The notes beneath the pieces were generated by a model, which was not told where the DNA came from, did no database searches, and worked only from the letters and a program-made list of their open reading frames with translations. Of a stretch of DNA of 64,000 nt, positions 42,491 to 54,118 are shown piece after piece. Within the stretch, counting starts at the first letter, position 1. Each line of letters opens with the position of its first letter. Source of the stretch: Escherichia coli (GTDB lineage Bacteria > Pseudomonadota > Gammaproteobacteria > Enterobacterales > Enterobacteriaceae); NCBI RefSeq assembly GCF_050920415.1, contig NZ_CP169309.1; one strand, given 5' to 3'. A program made the position numbers and the translations under genes.

Positions 42491-43552
42491 TTATTTTTCG
42501 CTGGGCGTTTTGCCTTTTTGCAGCGTCTCTTTCACCTGACCGATAAGCTGACGACGGAAATCCCCGAGGCGAGGTTTGTCATCGTCAATCCACGGCAGCG
42601 GGCGGCAAAGCTCCATAGCTTTAATCCCCAGTCGTGCCGTCAGAAGTCCAGCACCAATTCCCTGAGCTGCGCGGGTAGACAAACGCGCAGCGAGATCTTG
42701 CGACATCCAGTCCATCCCCACTTCGCGCACCAATTCGCTGGCTCCGGCAAAAGCGATATTCAGCAATACCAGCTTAAACAGGCGCAAACGGCTGTAATAT
42801 CCCAGTTCAATGCCATACAGCGTGGCGATGCGATTGATCAAACGCAGATTGCGCCAGGCGATAAATGCCATATCCACCAGCGCCAGCGGGCTAACGGCGA
42901 TCATTAACGTTGATTCCGCCGCTGAGCGACTGATTTCGCGCCGCGCCTGGGCATCTAAAACCGGCTGGACCAGATGAGCATACAGGCTGACCACTTCACG
43001 ATCGTTCTGCGTTTCATGGATTGAGGCATACCAGCGTTGCAGTGCCGGATGCGACTGGTCGATGCCCGCCTGCTGCGCCAGTTTTTCGCAGAATGCACGG
43101 CCTTTACCCGTGCCGTGGCTGTGCAACAAATCGCGCGCTTCGTCGCGTTCATGGGCGCGCTGTCGCAAGCGCCATAAGCGCCGCCACTCTGTTACCACAG
43201 AACCTACGCCAGCGCCGATAATCAATGCCCCAGCGGCACAGCCGCCCAGGGCCACCCAGTCCTGAGTTTGCCAGGCGTTCATCGTCCACTGCACACCCTG
43301 ACCAACAACGCTTGCACCAAACAGAGCCAACCCGCCCATCACCATTTTGCGCCACAGGCTGCGTTTCGGACGTAACGCTGCGTCCATCACCGCTTCAACT
43401 TGCCCCTCTTCTTCCTGCGCTTCGTCGAGCGTGGCCGGGGCAAAATTTTGCGCCTGATTTTCGTCAAAGGTCTGCTGCGCCCTGAATTTTGGATTCTGAT
43501 CGACCTCCAGTGGACCGTCGAAATCAATACGTGGTTTTAACGGTTCGGTCAT
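42491..43552 (-). CDS. ycjF: UPF0283 inner membrane protein YcjF
   Basis: 353 aa; conserved partner of ycjX. Confidence 0.8.
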   Translation of the reverse strand: MTEPLKPRIDFDGPLEVDQNPKFRAQQTFDENQAQNFAPATLDEAQEEEGQVEAVMDAALRPKRSLWRKMVMGGLALFGASVVGQGVQWTMNAWQTQDWVALGGCAAGALIIGAGVGSVVTEWRRLWRLRQRAHERDEARDLLHSHGTGKGRAFCEKLAQQAGIDQSHPALQRWYASIHETQNDREVVSLYAHLVQPVLDAQARREISRSAAESTLMIAVSPLALVDMAFIAWRNLRLINRIATLYGIELGYYSRLRLFKLVLLNIAFAGASELVREVGMDWMSQDLAARLSTRAAQGIGAGLLTARLGIKAMELCRPLPWIDDDKPRLGDFRRQLIGQVKETLQKGKTPSEK

Positions 43553-44946
43553 CGCAATTTATCTCCTATTAAAAATTCCAGCGCAGCATCAAGGCGAATA
43601 TGCGGCAACGGTTTGTCGACATCCATTACCTGCGGGCGAAACGCCTCAAACTGGAAGCCTTGCTTATCCCAGAACGCCTGGCCAGGCAAACGTGCGGGAA
43701 CTTCGCCAGGATACACAGTGAGCGGTGCGCCATCGCTGAGTCGATTACCGCGCAGCGCCGGGATTTTCTCACCGTTAACATCAATAATGCCGCTGGTGGT
43801 CGCCTGAACTGACGCCAGCCCCAGGCAGTCCATGCTGATCCCTTCGAACGCCGCATTTTGCCAGGCATCCTGAATCAGTTGTTGCAGTAATGAAACCATA
43901 TTGGCGTGCTGATCGATGGTCACATGATCCGCTTTAGTGGCAGCAAACAATAGCTTATCGATAACCGGCGAAAACAAGCGCCGGAACAAGGTACGCTGCC
44001 CGTAGTGGAAGCTTTGCATCAGCTGCGTCAGCGCCAGACGCATATCATTGAATGCTTGTGGTCCACTGTTGAGAGGTTGCAGGCAATCCACCAGCACAAT
44101 CTGCCGATCAAAGCGCAGAAAATGATTTTTATAGAATCCCTTCACCACTTTCTCGCAGTAATAATTAAATCGTTCGCGCAGCATTCCGGCATTGGTGTGC
44201 TTGTCGGCTTGTGCTAGTTTTGATTCGCCCCAGGCATCGACATCTGGCCACGGGAAGAATTGCAGCGCGGGCGCACCTGCCATATCGCCCGGCAAGACAA
44301 AACGCCCAGGCTGAATAAAGTGCAGCCCCTGCTGTTTGCAGTGGTGGAGATAATCGGTCCATGCGGCAGCAATGTCTGCAAGACGGTTTTCGTCGGCAGG
44401 TGCTAGTGGGTCCAGCCCTTCGCACATCATTCGCCATTTTGCCGACCATTCGCCGCGCTGACCATTGAGTAAGCCCGTCATCTGGCGCGACCAGCTTAAA
44501 TAGTCCTGCGCCAACATCGGCAAGTCGAGTAACCATTCGCCAGGATAATCCACTATCTCCAGATACAACGTGGAAGTGTCTTTGAAGTGACGCAACAGCG
44601 AATCGTTCGATTTATAGCGTAGCGCCAGGCGAATCTCACTGACGCCGCGTGTTGGGGTTGGCCAGGCGGGAGGATCGCCATATAACTGCGCCAGCCCTTC
44701 ATCGTAGGTGAAGCGCGGAATGCCAAAGTCACGCTGGGGAATGCGTTTTACGCCCAGCAGGCGCTCTTCACGCACCGCACTTAATAGCGGCAAGCGTGCT
44801 CCGGCATGAATATTGAGCAACTGATTGACCATCGCAGTGATAAACGCGGTTTTGCCGCTGCGGCTAAGTCCGGTTACAGCGAGGCGCAGATGTCTGTCGA
44901 CACCCCGATTCACCAGCGCATTAAGTTCATTTTTAAGTCGCTTCAT
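43549..44946 (-). CDS. ycjX: P-loop NTPase YcjX
   Basis: About 465 aa from MKRLKNELN; Walker A GLSRSGKT. Confidence 0.8.
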   Translation of the reverse strand: MKRLKNELNALVNRGVDRHLRLAVTGLSRSGKTAFITAMVNQLLNIHAGARLPLLSAVREERLLGVKRIPQRDFGIPRFTYDEGLAQLYGDPPAWPTPTRGVSEIRLALRYKSNDSLLRHFKDTSTLYLEIVDYPGEWLLDLPMLAQDYLSWSRQMTGLLNGQRGEWSAKWRMMCEGLDPLAPADENRLADIAAAWTDYLHHCKQQGLHFIQPGRFVLPGDMAGAPALQFFPWPDVDAWGESKLAQADKHTNAGMLRERFNYYCEKVVKGFYKNHFLRFDRQIVLVDCLQPLNSGPQAFNDMRLALTQLMQSFHYGQRTLFRRLFSPVIDKLLFAATKADHVTIDQHANMVSLLQQLIQDAWQNAAFEGISMDCLGLASVQATTSGIIDVNGEKIPALRGNRLSDGAPLTVYPGEVPARLPGQAFWDKQGFQFEAFRPQVMDVDKPLPHIRLDAALEFLIGDKLR

Positions 44947-45090
44947 TGCTGTCCTGTGGACCAGAAAAAAATCATTCGTAAGGATATGAATGTGGGGGCC
45001 ATGCCCTTGATTATCAACTGCCCGTGTTGTCATCTTGAGGCGAACTCCATAAGATGTGCAGCATTCACGTTCGGACGGAGTTCCTGACCT

Positions 45091-46089
45091 ATGTCCCCTA
45101 CTATTTATGATATTGCCAGGGTTGCCGGCGTATCAAAATCCACCGTATCACGCGTGCTGAATAAGCAAACCAATATCTCCCCGGAAGCGCGCGAAAAAGT
45201 GTTACGGGCCATTGAAGAATTACAGTATCAGCCAAATAAACTGGCCCGCGCGCTGACCTCTTCGGGCTTTGATGCCATTATGGTGATTTCTACCCGCTCG
45301 ACCAAAACTACGGCGGGTAACCCGTTTTTCTCCGAAGTTTTGCATGCCATTACCGCCAAAGCGGAAGATGAGGGTTTCGACGTGATATTGCAGACGTCGC
45401 ACAACCCGGCTGAAGACTTACAAAAATGTGAAAGCAAAATTAAGCAGAAAATGATTAAAGGCATTATTATGCTAAGTTCGCCAGCAGATGAGTCTTTTTT
45501 CGCCCAACTCGATAAATACGATATTCCGGTGGTAGTAATTGGCAAAGTTGAAGGTGAATATGCCCATGTTTATTCTGTCGATACCGATAATTTTGGCGAC
45601 AGTATTGCGCTGACCGATGCATTAATTGAAAGTGGACATAAAAATATTGCCTGCCTGCATGCTCCGCTTGATGTTCATGTTTCGGTTGATCGCGTTAATG
45701 GCTATAAGCAAAGTCTGGAAGATCATAATATTGCAGTGCGCAGTGAGTGGATCGTTGACGGCGGTTATACCCATGAGACAGCATTAAAAGCCGCACGGCA
45801 ATTATTAAGTCAGTCACCGTTGCCTGAGGCAGTGTTTGCTACTGACAGCCTGAAATTAATGAGCATTTATCGTGCGGCGGCAGAGAAAAACATTGCTATT
45901 CCGCAGCAGTTAGCGGTGGTGGGTTATAGTAATGAAACGCTGTCGTTTATATTAACGCCTGCACCGGGCGGCATCGATGTTCCGACGCAGGAGTTAGGTC
46001 AACAAAGCTGCGAGTTATTATTCCGCTTAATTGCCGGAAAACCGTCACCACAAAATATTACCGTTGCCACGCATATGTCGTTGAAATAA
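45091..46089 (+). CDS. ycjW: LacI-family transcriptional regulator YcjW
   Basis: 332 aa; N-terminal LacI HTH ([21 protein letters not shown]). Confidence 0.85.
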   Translation: MSPTIYDIARVAGVSKSTVSRVLNKQTNISPEAREKVLRAIEELQYQPNKLARALTSSGFDAIMVISTRSTKTTAGNPFFSEVLHAITAKAEDEGFDVILQTSHNPAEDLQKCESKIKQKMIKGIIMLSSPADESFFAQLDKYDIPVVVIGKVEGEYAHVYSVDTDNFGDSIALTDALIESGHKNIACLHAPLDVHVSVDRVNGYKQSLEDHNIAVRSEWIVDGGYTHETALKAARQLLSQSPLPEAVFATDSLKLMSIYRAAAEKNIAIPQQLAVVGYSNETLSFILTPAPGGIDVPTQELGQQSCELLFRLIAGKPSPQNITVATHMSLK

Positions 46090-46109
46090 ATGCCAGCTAC
46101 GTTGCCTGA

Positions 46110-46186
46110 ATGCCGGATGCGATGCTGGCGCATCTTATCCGGCCTACATTTATAAACCGGATAAAGTACTCGCGCCGCATCCGGCA
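46110..46186. repeat. REP/BIME-type extragenic palindromes
   Basis: GCCGGATGCGATGCTGGCGCATCTTATCCGGCC and CGCGCCGCATCCGGCA copies. Confidence 0.55.
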
Positions 46187-46199
46187 ATTTAGCACATTA

Positions 46200-47105
46200 T
46201 CAGAACGCGTAATTCACACCGACACCTGCATAATGGAATTTATCGCTGTCGCCTTCATCGTGATCCTGCCACTCAAACGCGTATTCCAGCGAAACGGAAA
46301 GACCATTCTGGAAATCATAACCGTAAAACAAACCAAGACGGTTAAAATCATGGCCTTCACGTTCGATATCATCCTGCCAGTCCCAGTTACTCCAGCGATC
46401 CAACCCAATGCGCGTATACGGTGTTACCGAGTGATTGCCGAGCGTCAGCGGTAAATAGGCGCGAATTTCTTGCGTGGAGAATTCACCGTTATTGCGGCTG
46501 TCGTCCATATTGAAGCCGCGCTCGAGATAATAGTTCACCCGCAAGGCAACCGTTTCGTTGAAGGTATATTGCAGACCCGTTTCCGTTTCGACACGGGTAT
46601 CAGCATAACCGGTCGTATTCAGATCGTTGGCAAATTTATACATCGACAGCCAACCGTTGAAACGTAAATCGTCAGTCAGTTTCACATCCCAGTCTGGCGC
46701 GATTTTCCAGCGCTGCATATTTGCCGTGTCTTTACCCGGTTCATCAACGTAGTGATAACCATAGTTACGGAAACCACCGGTCAGGCCGAAACTGAAATCA
46801 TCGCTTTCGAGAAACTGATAATGCACTTCCAGTTCCGGGCGATCAAACCAGGTTCCACGTTTACCCGCGCTATAATCTACCGGCCCTTCCTGGTAATAAG
46901 CCAGCGATATTCTCCACGGCCCATTGGCAGCATTAAAATAGACGGAAGGCTCCGCCAGCCCGTCCATATCTTCGCCATAACCCTCAACGTTTTCTATTTC
47001 GTACATCGCGCCGATATTAAAGTGCCAGTCTTTTTTTTCCTCAGCCTGTGCGCAGGCCATTCCCGCACACATCACCAGTGCGGTACAGGGTAATAACTTT
47101 TTCAT
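46200..47105 (-). CDS. ompG: outer membrane porin OmpG
   Basis: 301 aa with signal peptide; matches OmpG. Confidence 0.9.
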   Translation of the reverse strand: MKKLLPCTALVMCAGMACAQAEEKKDWHFNIGAMYEIENVEGYGEDMDGLAEPSVYFNAANGPWRISLAYYQEGPVDYSAGKRGTWFDRPELEVHYQFLESDDFSFGLTGGFRNYGYHYVDEPGKDTANMQRWKIAPDWDVKLTDDLRFNGWLSMYKFANDLNTTGYADTRVETETGLQYTFNETVALRVNYYLERGFNMDDSRNNGEFSTQEIRAYLPLTLGNHSVTPYTRIGLDRWSNWDWQDDIEREGHDFNRLGLFYGYDFQNGLSVSLEYAFEWQDHDEGDSDKFHYAGVGVNYAF

Positions 47106-47149
47106 TATTGTTCCTTGTATTATCCTGGGGGAATGCCTTCCCCCTGTAT

Positions 47150-48232
47150 TTAGCGAATTGCTATTTCCGTTTCTGCATCAAAGAAATGACATTTGGTCAT
47201 ATCAAAATGAATAGTGACGTTTTCTCCTGCATGATAATCATTTAACGCACCGGCACGGACCACCAGCTCGTGCCCCCCAACCGTGGTGTAGAGCATAAAT
47301 TCCGCACCGGTTAATTCCGCCACGCTAATTTTGGCGGAAATGTTATTTTCCTCTTGCGCATCCGGATGAATATCCTCCGGGCGTATTCCCATCACGATGG
47401 GTTTATGCAAACTTTCCTGCGTTTTCAGAACGGCTAATTTATCTTCGGGAATGGTTAATTTAAGCGTTTCCGTAACGAATTTATCGCCATCGATCGTGCC
47501 GCGAATAAAATTCATTGCTGGTGACCCAATAAATCCGGCAACAAACATATTCGCCGGTTGGTTATAGACCGTTTTCGGCGCACCGACCTGCTGAACAATC
47601 CCATCCTTCATAATGACAATCCGCGTCGCCATGGTCATCGCTTCGGTCTGATCGTGGGTCACGTAGATCATGGTGGTGTTCAGTTTCTGATGCAGCTTGC
47701 TGATTTCCGCGCGCATTTGTACGCGCAGCTTGGCATCCAGGTTAGAGAGCGGTTCATCCATCAAAAACACGCCCGCTTCACGCACAATCGCCCGTCCGAG
47801 CGCCACACGCTGGCGTTGCCCGCCGGAAAGCGCCCCCGGCTTGCGTTTCAGGTACTCACGCAGGCCGAGGATTTGCGCCGCCCAGTTAACCCGCTCATCA
47901 ATCACCTCTTTGGCGATTTTTTGCATCTTCAGGCCAAACGCCATGTTGTCGTAGACCGTCATATGCGGATACAGCGCGTAGTTCTGGAAAACCATCGCAA
48001 TATTGCGCGCTTTGGCCGGAACGTCATTCATTCGTTTGCCGTCGATCAACAGATCGCCGCCGCTGATCTCCTCAAGCCCGGCAATCATACGCAGCGTCGT
48101 CGATTTACCGCAGCCCGACGGACCGACAAACACGATGAACTCTTTATCGGCAATCTCCAGGTTGAAGTCCTTCACCACATGCACCTGGTTATCGTAGATC
48201 TTTTGAATATGTTGTAACGAAAGCTGTGCCAT
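47150..48232 (-). CDS. ycjV: ABC transporter ATP-binding protein YcjV (intact)
   Basis: 360 aa; Walker A GPSGCGKST, signature LSGGQRQR; MalK-like. Confidence 0.85.
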   Translation of the reverse strand: MAQLSLQHIQKIYDNQVHVVKDFNLEIADKEFIVFVGPSGCGKSTTLRMIAGLEEISGGDLLIDGKRMNDVPAKARNIAMVFQNYALYPHMTVYDNMAFGLKMQKIAKEVIDERVNWAAQILGLREYLKRKPGALSGGQRQRVALGRAIVREAGVFLMDEPLSNLDAKLRVQMRAEISKLHQKLNTTMIYVTHDQTEAMTMATRIVIMKDGIVQQVGAPKTVYNQPANMFVAGFIGSPAMNFIRGTIDGDKFVTETLKLTIPEDKLAVLKTQESLHKPIVMGIRPEDIHPDAQEENNISAKISVAELTGAEFMLYTTVGGHELVVRAGALNDYHAGENVTIHFDMTKCHFFDAETEIAIR

Positions 48233-48245
48233 GTTGATTCCTTTG

Positions 48246-48905
48246 CTATACGTTTTGCCAGAAGGCCGATAACCGCGGCCAGGTCAGAGATTCCGTTGAG
48301 GGCAGCAACAGTTGCGCCCCGGTTAAGCTCGTGCCGATCCCCACCGAGCGCATACCGCTGGCGTTAATGGCGTCAATGCCCGCCTGCGCATCTTCAATGC
48401 CAATGCAGGCCTGTGGAGGCACGCCCAGCCCGGCACAGGCGGCGAGAAAGATTTCCGGATCCGGTTTCGAGTGTTTAAGTTGGGAAGCGTCCGCGCAGAA
48501 GGTGAAAAACTCGCGCAGCTCCAGCGCCGCTAAAATTGTTGGGGCATTCAGAGAGACGGAGGCCAGCCCTACCGGGATGCCTTGCGCCCGAAGATCTGCC
48601 AGCAAAGGCCGAATTCCCGGCAGAACAGCGTTAACCGTCAGTTCGCGCAGTGAGTGGACGTAGAGCAGATTTTTGCGATACGCCAGTTGCGCCCGCTCTT
48701 GCACGTTAAAGTCGCCCTCTTTGCCCCCGTGTTGCAGAATGCGCCGCAGGGACTCATCGCGGCTGATCCCTTTTAACGTCTCGTTAAATTGCGCATCGAT
48801 GCTGATGCCGATTTCGGCGGCAATCTGCTGCCATGCCTGGAAGTGCAGATGTGCGGTGTCGGTGATCACGCCATCCAGATCGAAAATTACCCCTTGTAGT
48901 TTCAT
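48246..48905 (-). CDS. ycjU: beta-phosphoglucomutase
   Basis: 219 aa; HAD motif [10 protein letters not shown]. Confidence 0.85.
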   Translation of the reverse strand: MKLQGVIFDLDGVITDTAHLHFQAWQQIAAEIGISIDAQFNETLKGISRDESLRRILQHGGKEGDFNVQERAQLAYRKNLLYVHSLRELTVNAVLPGIRPLLADLRAQGIPVGLASVSLNAPTILAALELREFFTFCADASQLKHSKPDPEIFLAACAGLGVPPQACIGIEDAQAGIDAINASGMRSVGIGTSLTGAQLLLPSTESLTWPRLSAFWQNV

Positions 48906-51169
48906 TCATCCTCCTGATGTTTGGTAGCGGTCCCATTGAAGGGCAAAATAAAATCACCCAAACAGAAAACAGATTCTTCAGTCACGGAAATAAGCTGACC
49001 GTTCAACCGCATTGAAACGGGCGCAGAAGTTCGAATCGCAATACGCTGCGCGTCGAGAGTGACCTGTAATTCGCAGCCCTGCCAGAACAAAGGGAAAGAT
49101 AACTGTTGCCACTGCTCAGGTAACGCTGGGTTCAGATGTAATTCGCCGTCGCGCACGCTGACTCCGGCAAAACCCTGAATCGCCCCCAGCCAGATAGCGC
49201 CAGTTGCGGCGGCATGGATACCGTCATCGCAGCTATGCGGATCAGCACCAAGATCGATTTCACTCCCCTCGCGCCAGAACGGGTAACTCTGCGCAAGCAA
49301 GCCACAACGCGCGGCAACAATGCCGTGGATCGCTTTACTCAATGACGAGTCGTGAATGGTGCGCGGTTCATAAAATTGCAGATTGGCGAGACAAGAGGCC
49401 GCTGAAAATTGTTCTGGTAGCATGTAATTGAGCATCACCACATCGGCCTGCTTGAGGATCTGCATCTCGTTCACTTCTGCGCGTGAATAATCCAGCAGAA
49501 TGGTTTGTTTGCCTGCCGCCGCTTTGTATTTCGCCAGATCTATCGCCGGTTTCGCCATAAACGAATCATCCTGCGGCAAAACGCCGTCGGGCTGAATTTC
49601 TGGCATCCACAGCTCTTTGAGGAACATGTCGGCACGATGAATAAACGCATCGTCGCTACAGCCAAACTGGCGAGCAATATTCAGTGCCTGTTGGACGTTG
49701 TAGCAGGCCATATAACTTGTGTATGCGTTATTGTTAACGTGTTCGGTATATTCGTCTGGCCCAATAACATCATGAATTTCCAGACGATCGTTAACCCTTA
49801 CCGCGCGGCTAATCCAGAACTTTGCGGTCTCCAGCAGTAGCGCCATGCCTTCGTGAGCAACGAAGCTTTCATCCCCCGTTACCTGCCAGTATTGAATAAC
49901 CGCCCAGGCGATATCGGCAACCAGATGATGTTCCGCCTGCGCTGAGGCCACTTTTTGCCGTAGCCCGGTACGAATGTTTATGGCGGCAAATTCCGGGGTC
50001 TCTTCTTCGCCGCTGCGTGCGCTTTCCCACGGAAATAGCGCGCCCTGCCAGCCATTGCGTCGCGCTTTCTCCTGCGCCCCCGGTAAGTTGTGCCAGCGAT
50101 AGCGCAGCAAACTCCGGGCAATCGTCGGTTCGCTAAACAGATGGAACGGCAGCAGGAACACTTCCGTATCCCAGAAAACATGGCCTTTGTAGCCTTCCCC
50201 GGTTAAGGCTTTTGCCGCAATGCTGCTACGCTCGTCGTGGGCGGGCGTCATAATACGCAAATGATAAAGCGCATAGTCTAACGCCCGCTGATCGTGCGTA
50301 TCGCAACTCTTTACCGTGATACGACGTTTCTGCCACCATTGCTGCCAGTTTTCTGTCGATGCTGCAAGAAGTTGGTCATAACTCTGTTGTGTACACATTT
50401 CAAGCTGGCGAAGCGACGCACTGCCCCACTCGTCTAAAGCGGCTTGTCGGTCATCCCGCCAGTCAATCCACACCCGCTTTTGCAAGGTCAGTGTTTCACC
50501 TGTGCGAAGTTGCGCGCTGGTATGTTGCAGCAAACGGCGCTCTTTGGCGGTATAGCACTGCTGAACGTCACCACTCGCCTGACAGTGACAACTGATTGCC
50601 ACATCACTGCGCCCATCCTGGGTGGTGTAGATCCCCTGCATCAAATGCTGACCAAACACCCGGACCTGGGTTTCATCCAGATGCTGGCGACCGTGGTTGG
50701 TTTGCGTGGCGTTAATGCCTGTTGAGATCAGCACTGATGCCTCGGCGTCCAGCGGGGTAATACTGATTTCCAGCGCGATCAGCGGCAGTTGATCTGTCGA
50801 AACAAAACGACGACTTGCAAGGGTAAACCGTGCGCCGTCGCTGCTGCGCCAGATAACACTGCGGCGTAATTCTCCACTGGCAAAGTCAAGCTCACGCTGC
50901 CACGCTTCGCGGGATAACGAAAAAATCTCGCCGTTTAGGGTAATTTCCATTCCCACCACGTCTGGCAGATTCACCAGTTCGTTGATTTCTCCTTTCCCGG
51001 CTCGATGATAAAGCCCTGCCAGATACATGCCGCGCGTCTGCCGCGTGTAATCTTCTTCATGGCTGGCACGAAGCCCAAGATAGCCGTTCCCCTGCGCCAT
51101 TAATGAGGCATATTTATTCAGGGTATGCTGGCTGAATTGGGGTTCCGTTAATGTTACTGGCCTGGTCAT
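48902..51169 (-). CDS. ycjT: kojibiose phosphorylase (GH65)
   Basis: 755 aa; conserved ycj operon position. Confidence 0.85.
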   Translation of the reverse strand: MTRPVTLTEPQFSQHTLNKYASLMAQGNGYLGLRASHEEDYTRQTRGMYLAGLYHRAGKGEINELVNLPDVVGMEITLNGEIFSLSREAWQRELDFASGELRRSVIWRSSDGARFTLASRRFVSTDQLPLIALEISITPLDAEASVLISTGINATQTNHGRQHLDETQVRVFGQHLMQGIYTTQDGRSDVAISCHCQASGDVQQCYTAKERRLLQHTSAQLRTGETLTLQKRVWIDWRDDRQAALDEWGSASLRQLEMCTQQSYDQLLAASTENWQQWWQKRRITVKSCDTHDQRALDYALYHLRIMTPAHDERSSIAAKALTGEGYKGHVFWDTEVFLLPFHLFSEPTIARSLLRYRWHNLPGAQEKARRNGWQGALFPWESARSGEEETPEFAAINIRTGLRQKVASAQAEHHLVADIAWAVIQYWQVTGDESFVAHEGMALLLETAKFWISRAVRVNDRLEIHDVIGPDEYTEHVNNNAYTSYMACYNVQQALNIARQFGCSDDAFIHRADMFLKELWMPEIQPDGVLPQDDSFMAKPAIDLAKYKAAAGKQTILLDYSRAEVNEMQILKQADVVMLNYMLPEQFSAASCLANLQFYEPRTIHDSSLSKAIHGIVAARCGLLAQSYPFWREGSEIDLGADPHSCDDGIHAAATGAIWLGAIQGFAGVSVRDGELHLNPALPEQWQQLSFPLFWQGCELQVTLDAQRIAIRTSAPVSMRLNGQLISVTEESVFCLGDFILPFNGTATKHQEDE

Positions 51170-52221
51170 AATTCCACACGCATCCCTGTTTCTGCGGATT
51201 GATACAGCGCCGCCACCAGTTGCTGGATGATGTACCCTTGCTCGGCGTCGGCAATCATCACAGGCTTGCCCTGTACGTGATTGATAAAGGCTTCCATGCT
51301 GCGCAAATGACGGTTGTCGTCGGCCAGTTCCCGTTGCATCAGCGTCATTAATTCACCGTTGTTATCGGTGTAGATATGCGCCGGAAACAGCGTGGCTCCC
51401 GCTTTATCGCCGCAAAAGCTGACGTTCATCATCGACTGTTCGCGGATGTTGAGTGCAAATGATGTCTCCAGCAAAAGAATGCCGCCGTTATGAAATTCAA
51501 TGGTGCCAAACAGCGAATCTTCGACGCTGTAGGTTGCCGGGTCCCACTCACCAAATTGACCACAGCTCTTTTGAGTACCTATTTTCTGAAAGCTGTGCGC
51601 CGTGACGCTTTTCACCGCCGGAAAGCCCAGCACATACATCGCGGCATCCAGCATATGAATGCCAATGTCGATCAGCGGGCCGCCACCCTGCAGTTCTTTA
51701 TTGGTAAAGACACCCCAGCCGGGAACGCCGCAGCGACGCAGGGCGCGGGCGGTCGTGACGTAAATCTCACCCAAAACGCCGTTGGTCACCTGTTCACGCA
51801 ATTGTTGCGTATCAAGGGCAAAACGATGGTGAAAGTCGTAGGCCAGCACCTTGCCCCGTTTGCGCGCGGTATCACACATCTCCCGCGCCTGTTCTGGTGT
51901 CATGGCGGGCGGTTTCTCGCACATCACATGGCAGCCTGCCTCCAGCGCCATCAGGGTATGCTCGTAATGAAAACGGTTAGGTGAACAGACGCTTACCACG
52001 TCAGGTTTTACCGCCAGCAGCATGGCCTGCGGATCGTCCCACACGGATGCGTTCCCGTATTTCTCTGCCAACGCCTGCGCCTGGGAAAGGCGGCTGTCAC
52101 AGACAGCCACCAGTTCCAGATCGTTGCGGGTGCAGTAGTACGAAGCATGAACCTTATCCGCCACCTGGCCCGCGCCTATTATCGCGACCCGCAGCGGAGA
52201 GCTTGTCATTGCACTTTTCAC
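51166..52221 (-). CDS. ycjS: Gfo/Idh/MocA-family sugar dehydrogenase
   Basis: 351 aa; N-terminal Rossmann motif VAIIGAGQVA. Confidence 0.85.
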   Translation of the reverse strand: MKSAMTSSPLRVAIIGAGQVADKVHASYYCTRNDLELVAVCDSRLSQAQALAEKYGNASVWDDPQAMLLAVKPDVVSVCSPNRFHYEHTLMALEAGCHVMCEKPPAMTPEQAREMCDTARKRGKVLAYDFHHRFALDTQQLREQVTNGVLGEIYVTTARALRRCGVPGWGVFTNKELQGGGPLIDIGIHMLDAAMYVLGFPAVKSVTAHSFQKIGTQKSCGQFGEWDPATYSVEDSLFGTIEFHNGGILLLETSFALNIREQSMMNVSFCGDKAGATLFPAHIYTDNNGELMTLMQRELADDNRHLRSMEAFINHVQGKPVMIADAEQGYIIQQLVAALYQSAETGMRVEL

Positions 52222-52230
52222 AAAGACCTC

Positions 52231-53019
52231 TTAGCAGGTGCGCAACCAGGCCAAAGAATCACGGTACGCCTGAGCAGGATCTTCTGCCCGAATGCGCCCT
52301 TCATACACCACATAGCCCTGATAGTTATCGGCGCGCAGCTGTTCAAACAGCGCGTGGAAATCGAGGGTGCCGCTGCCCGGCTGATAGCGATGGTTATCGG
52401 CAATATGCACATGACCAAGCAGGTCACGGTTGTCATGCAGCGCCTGCGCCAGGTTATCCTCTTCGATGTTCATGTGATAGAAATCGCCGATAATCTGCAC
52501 ATGTTTAAGGTTGTTTTCGACGATGTAACGACGAGCATCGGCGAGCGTGTTGATCATGTGGTCCTGATAGCGGTTTAGCGGTTCGAGATACACCACCGTT
52601 CCGGTACGCGCGGCCACCTTTTCCAGGAAACGCAGGGAATCGCTCACCATTTGACGATCGCCGTCCAGGCTGCGCGGTGAGGTCATCGGCGGTAAGCGGA
52701 AGGTAAACATGCCCCACGCAGCCGGAACGACAATACCTTTACCGCCCACTTCCGCCAGCGCCTCAAGAATGCGCTCGATCTGCTTTAAACCATTAAGACG
52801 ACGCTCTTCGATAAAGTCGCCAATCCAGCCGTCATAGCCGCCGCAGGCGGTGGTCACCGGTAAACCGGTTTCTTTGATCGCTGCTTTGACTTCTTCGAGA
52901 TTGTTGACCAGCAGTTTGCCGTCAATCTCAAAACCATCAAAACCCATCTCTTTGATATAACGAAATTTCTCCAGAATATTTTCCGGAAAGAAGGCCTGAT
53001 TCTGTGTGCCGATTTTCAT
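52231..53019 (-). CDS. ycjR: sugar-phosphate isomerase/epimerase (xylose-isomerase-like TIM barrel)
   Basis: 262 aa; conserved operon position. Confidence 0.85.
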   Translation of the reverse strand: MKIGTQNQAFFPENILEKFRYIKEMGFDGFEIDGKLLVNNLEEVKAAIKETGLPVTTACGGYDGWIGDFIEERRLNGLKQIERILEALAEVGGKGIVVPAAWGMFTFRLPPMTSPRSLDGDRQMVSDSLRFLEKVAARTGTVVYLEPLNRYQDHMINTLADARRYIVENNLKHVQIIGDFYHMNIEEDNLAQALHDNRDLLGHVHIADNHRYQPGSGTLDFHALFEQLRADNYQGYVVYEGRIRAEDPAQAYRDSLAWLRTC

Positions 53020-53035
53020 TTTTCCGTCCTTAGAA

Positions 53036-54088
53036 TTAAAAAGTTACGCCCATTTTGATGCTCTGTTCCGGATGCTGGTCGACATACTGCATGTAGCTTT
53101 CCGGGCTGTTAGCAAAGGTCACCACCGGGTCGATTAAATCTTCACAATTGAGATAACCGTTCATCAGCAGTTCCCAGCAGGTTTCTTCAATACGCTTGCG
53201 GCTCCAGCGCGGATAATCCGGGTTCGGTTCACTGCACGCACGAGAGAAGACAATTTTGGCGTTGTTGAAATGCGCTTCGCGTCCGAGGTTAAAACCTTCG
53301 GCAAATGGTTTGGCAAATGCGACATACGAGATGGTGCCGCCATAAGCCAGGCCGCGCAGTGCCGATTGCAGCGCGTCGGCGTAGCCGCTGGTTTCGATAA
53401 TCACATCGGCACCCTGCTTGCCGGTCAGCGTTTTAATCTCTTTGCCTACATCCGTGCCAATGGGGTTAAGGCAGAAATCCGCCCCGTGGCGACGGGCAAT
53501 ATCACAGCGATGAGCGATAGGATCGACACCAATCACCACCGACGCGCCAGCGCGTTTTGCCAGTTGAATGGCAATTTGACCAATCGCGCCAAGCCCGACT
53601 ACCACCACAAAATCGCCCACACGCACGTTGGCATCGCGCACGCCGCTCATGGCAAACTGCGCCGGGTCGTAACAGACGGCGTTTTTCCACGAGCTACCTT
53701 GCGGCATTTTGCGCAGTTTGTAGTTATTCACCGCGTTAATGATGACCGTTTCGGAAAGCGGGCCGTAGCCGCATACGCTGTCGCCCACCGCGTAGTCGGT
53801 AACCTCGCTGCCGCACTCGATAATGTCGCCAACCACCATGTTGCCAAGCTGGAACTTGCCAAACTCAATGCCGCGCGGCGCATCTGCCGGACGGGGGGTG
53901 AACATCTGCCATTCGCCATTAAAGTCTTCATTAATAAACGGGCTGGCGGCGCGGAAATCGACCACTTCCGTCCCGTGTTTCGGCGCGCCGAACCGCACGC
54001 GGATCTTCACTTCATTGGCTGAAATCGCCCTGTCTTCATACTCCACCAACGCGGCAACGCGCGGTGCTGTGGCTACTAACTTTTTCAT
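53036..54088 (-). CDS. ycjQ: zinc-type alcohol/sugar dehydrogenase
   Basis: 350 aa; MDR family GLGAIGQ NAD-binding motif. Confidence 0.85.
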   Translation of the reverse strand: MKKLVATAPRVAALVEYEDRAISANEVKIRVRFGAPKHGTEVVDFRAASPFINEDFNGEWQMFTPRPADAPRGIEFGKFQLGNMVVGDIIECGSEVTDYAVGDSVCGYGPLSETVIINAVNNYKLRKMPQGSSWKNAVCYDPAQFAMSGVRDANVRVGDFVVVVGLGAIGQIAIQLAKRAGASVVIGVDPIAHRCDIARRHGADFCLNPIGTDVGKEIKTLTGKQGADVIIETSGYADALQSALRGLAYGGTISYVAFAKPFAEGFNLGREAHFNNAKIVFSRACSEPNPDYPRWSRKRIEETCWELLMNGYLNCEDLIDPVVTFANSPESYMQYVDQHPEQSIKMGVTF

Positions 54089-54118
54089 GTAAAACTCCTT
54101 GTCAAGAAACTGGCCGCT

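Noticed and set aside
47558-48217. 219-aa plus-strand ORF with Arg/His-rich sequence
   Set aside because: Antisense to the well-supported ycjV ABC ATPase gene; composition typical of a GC-rich reverse-frame artefact.
51490-52578. Several 143-170-aa plus-strand ORFs (51490-51984, 51981-52493, 52147-52578)
   Set aside because: All antisense to ycjS/ycjR, which have clear conserved identities; Arg/Pro-rich reverse-frame artefacts.
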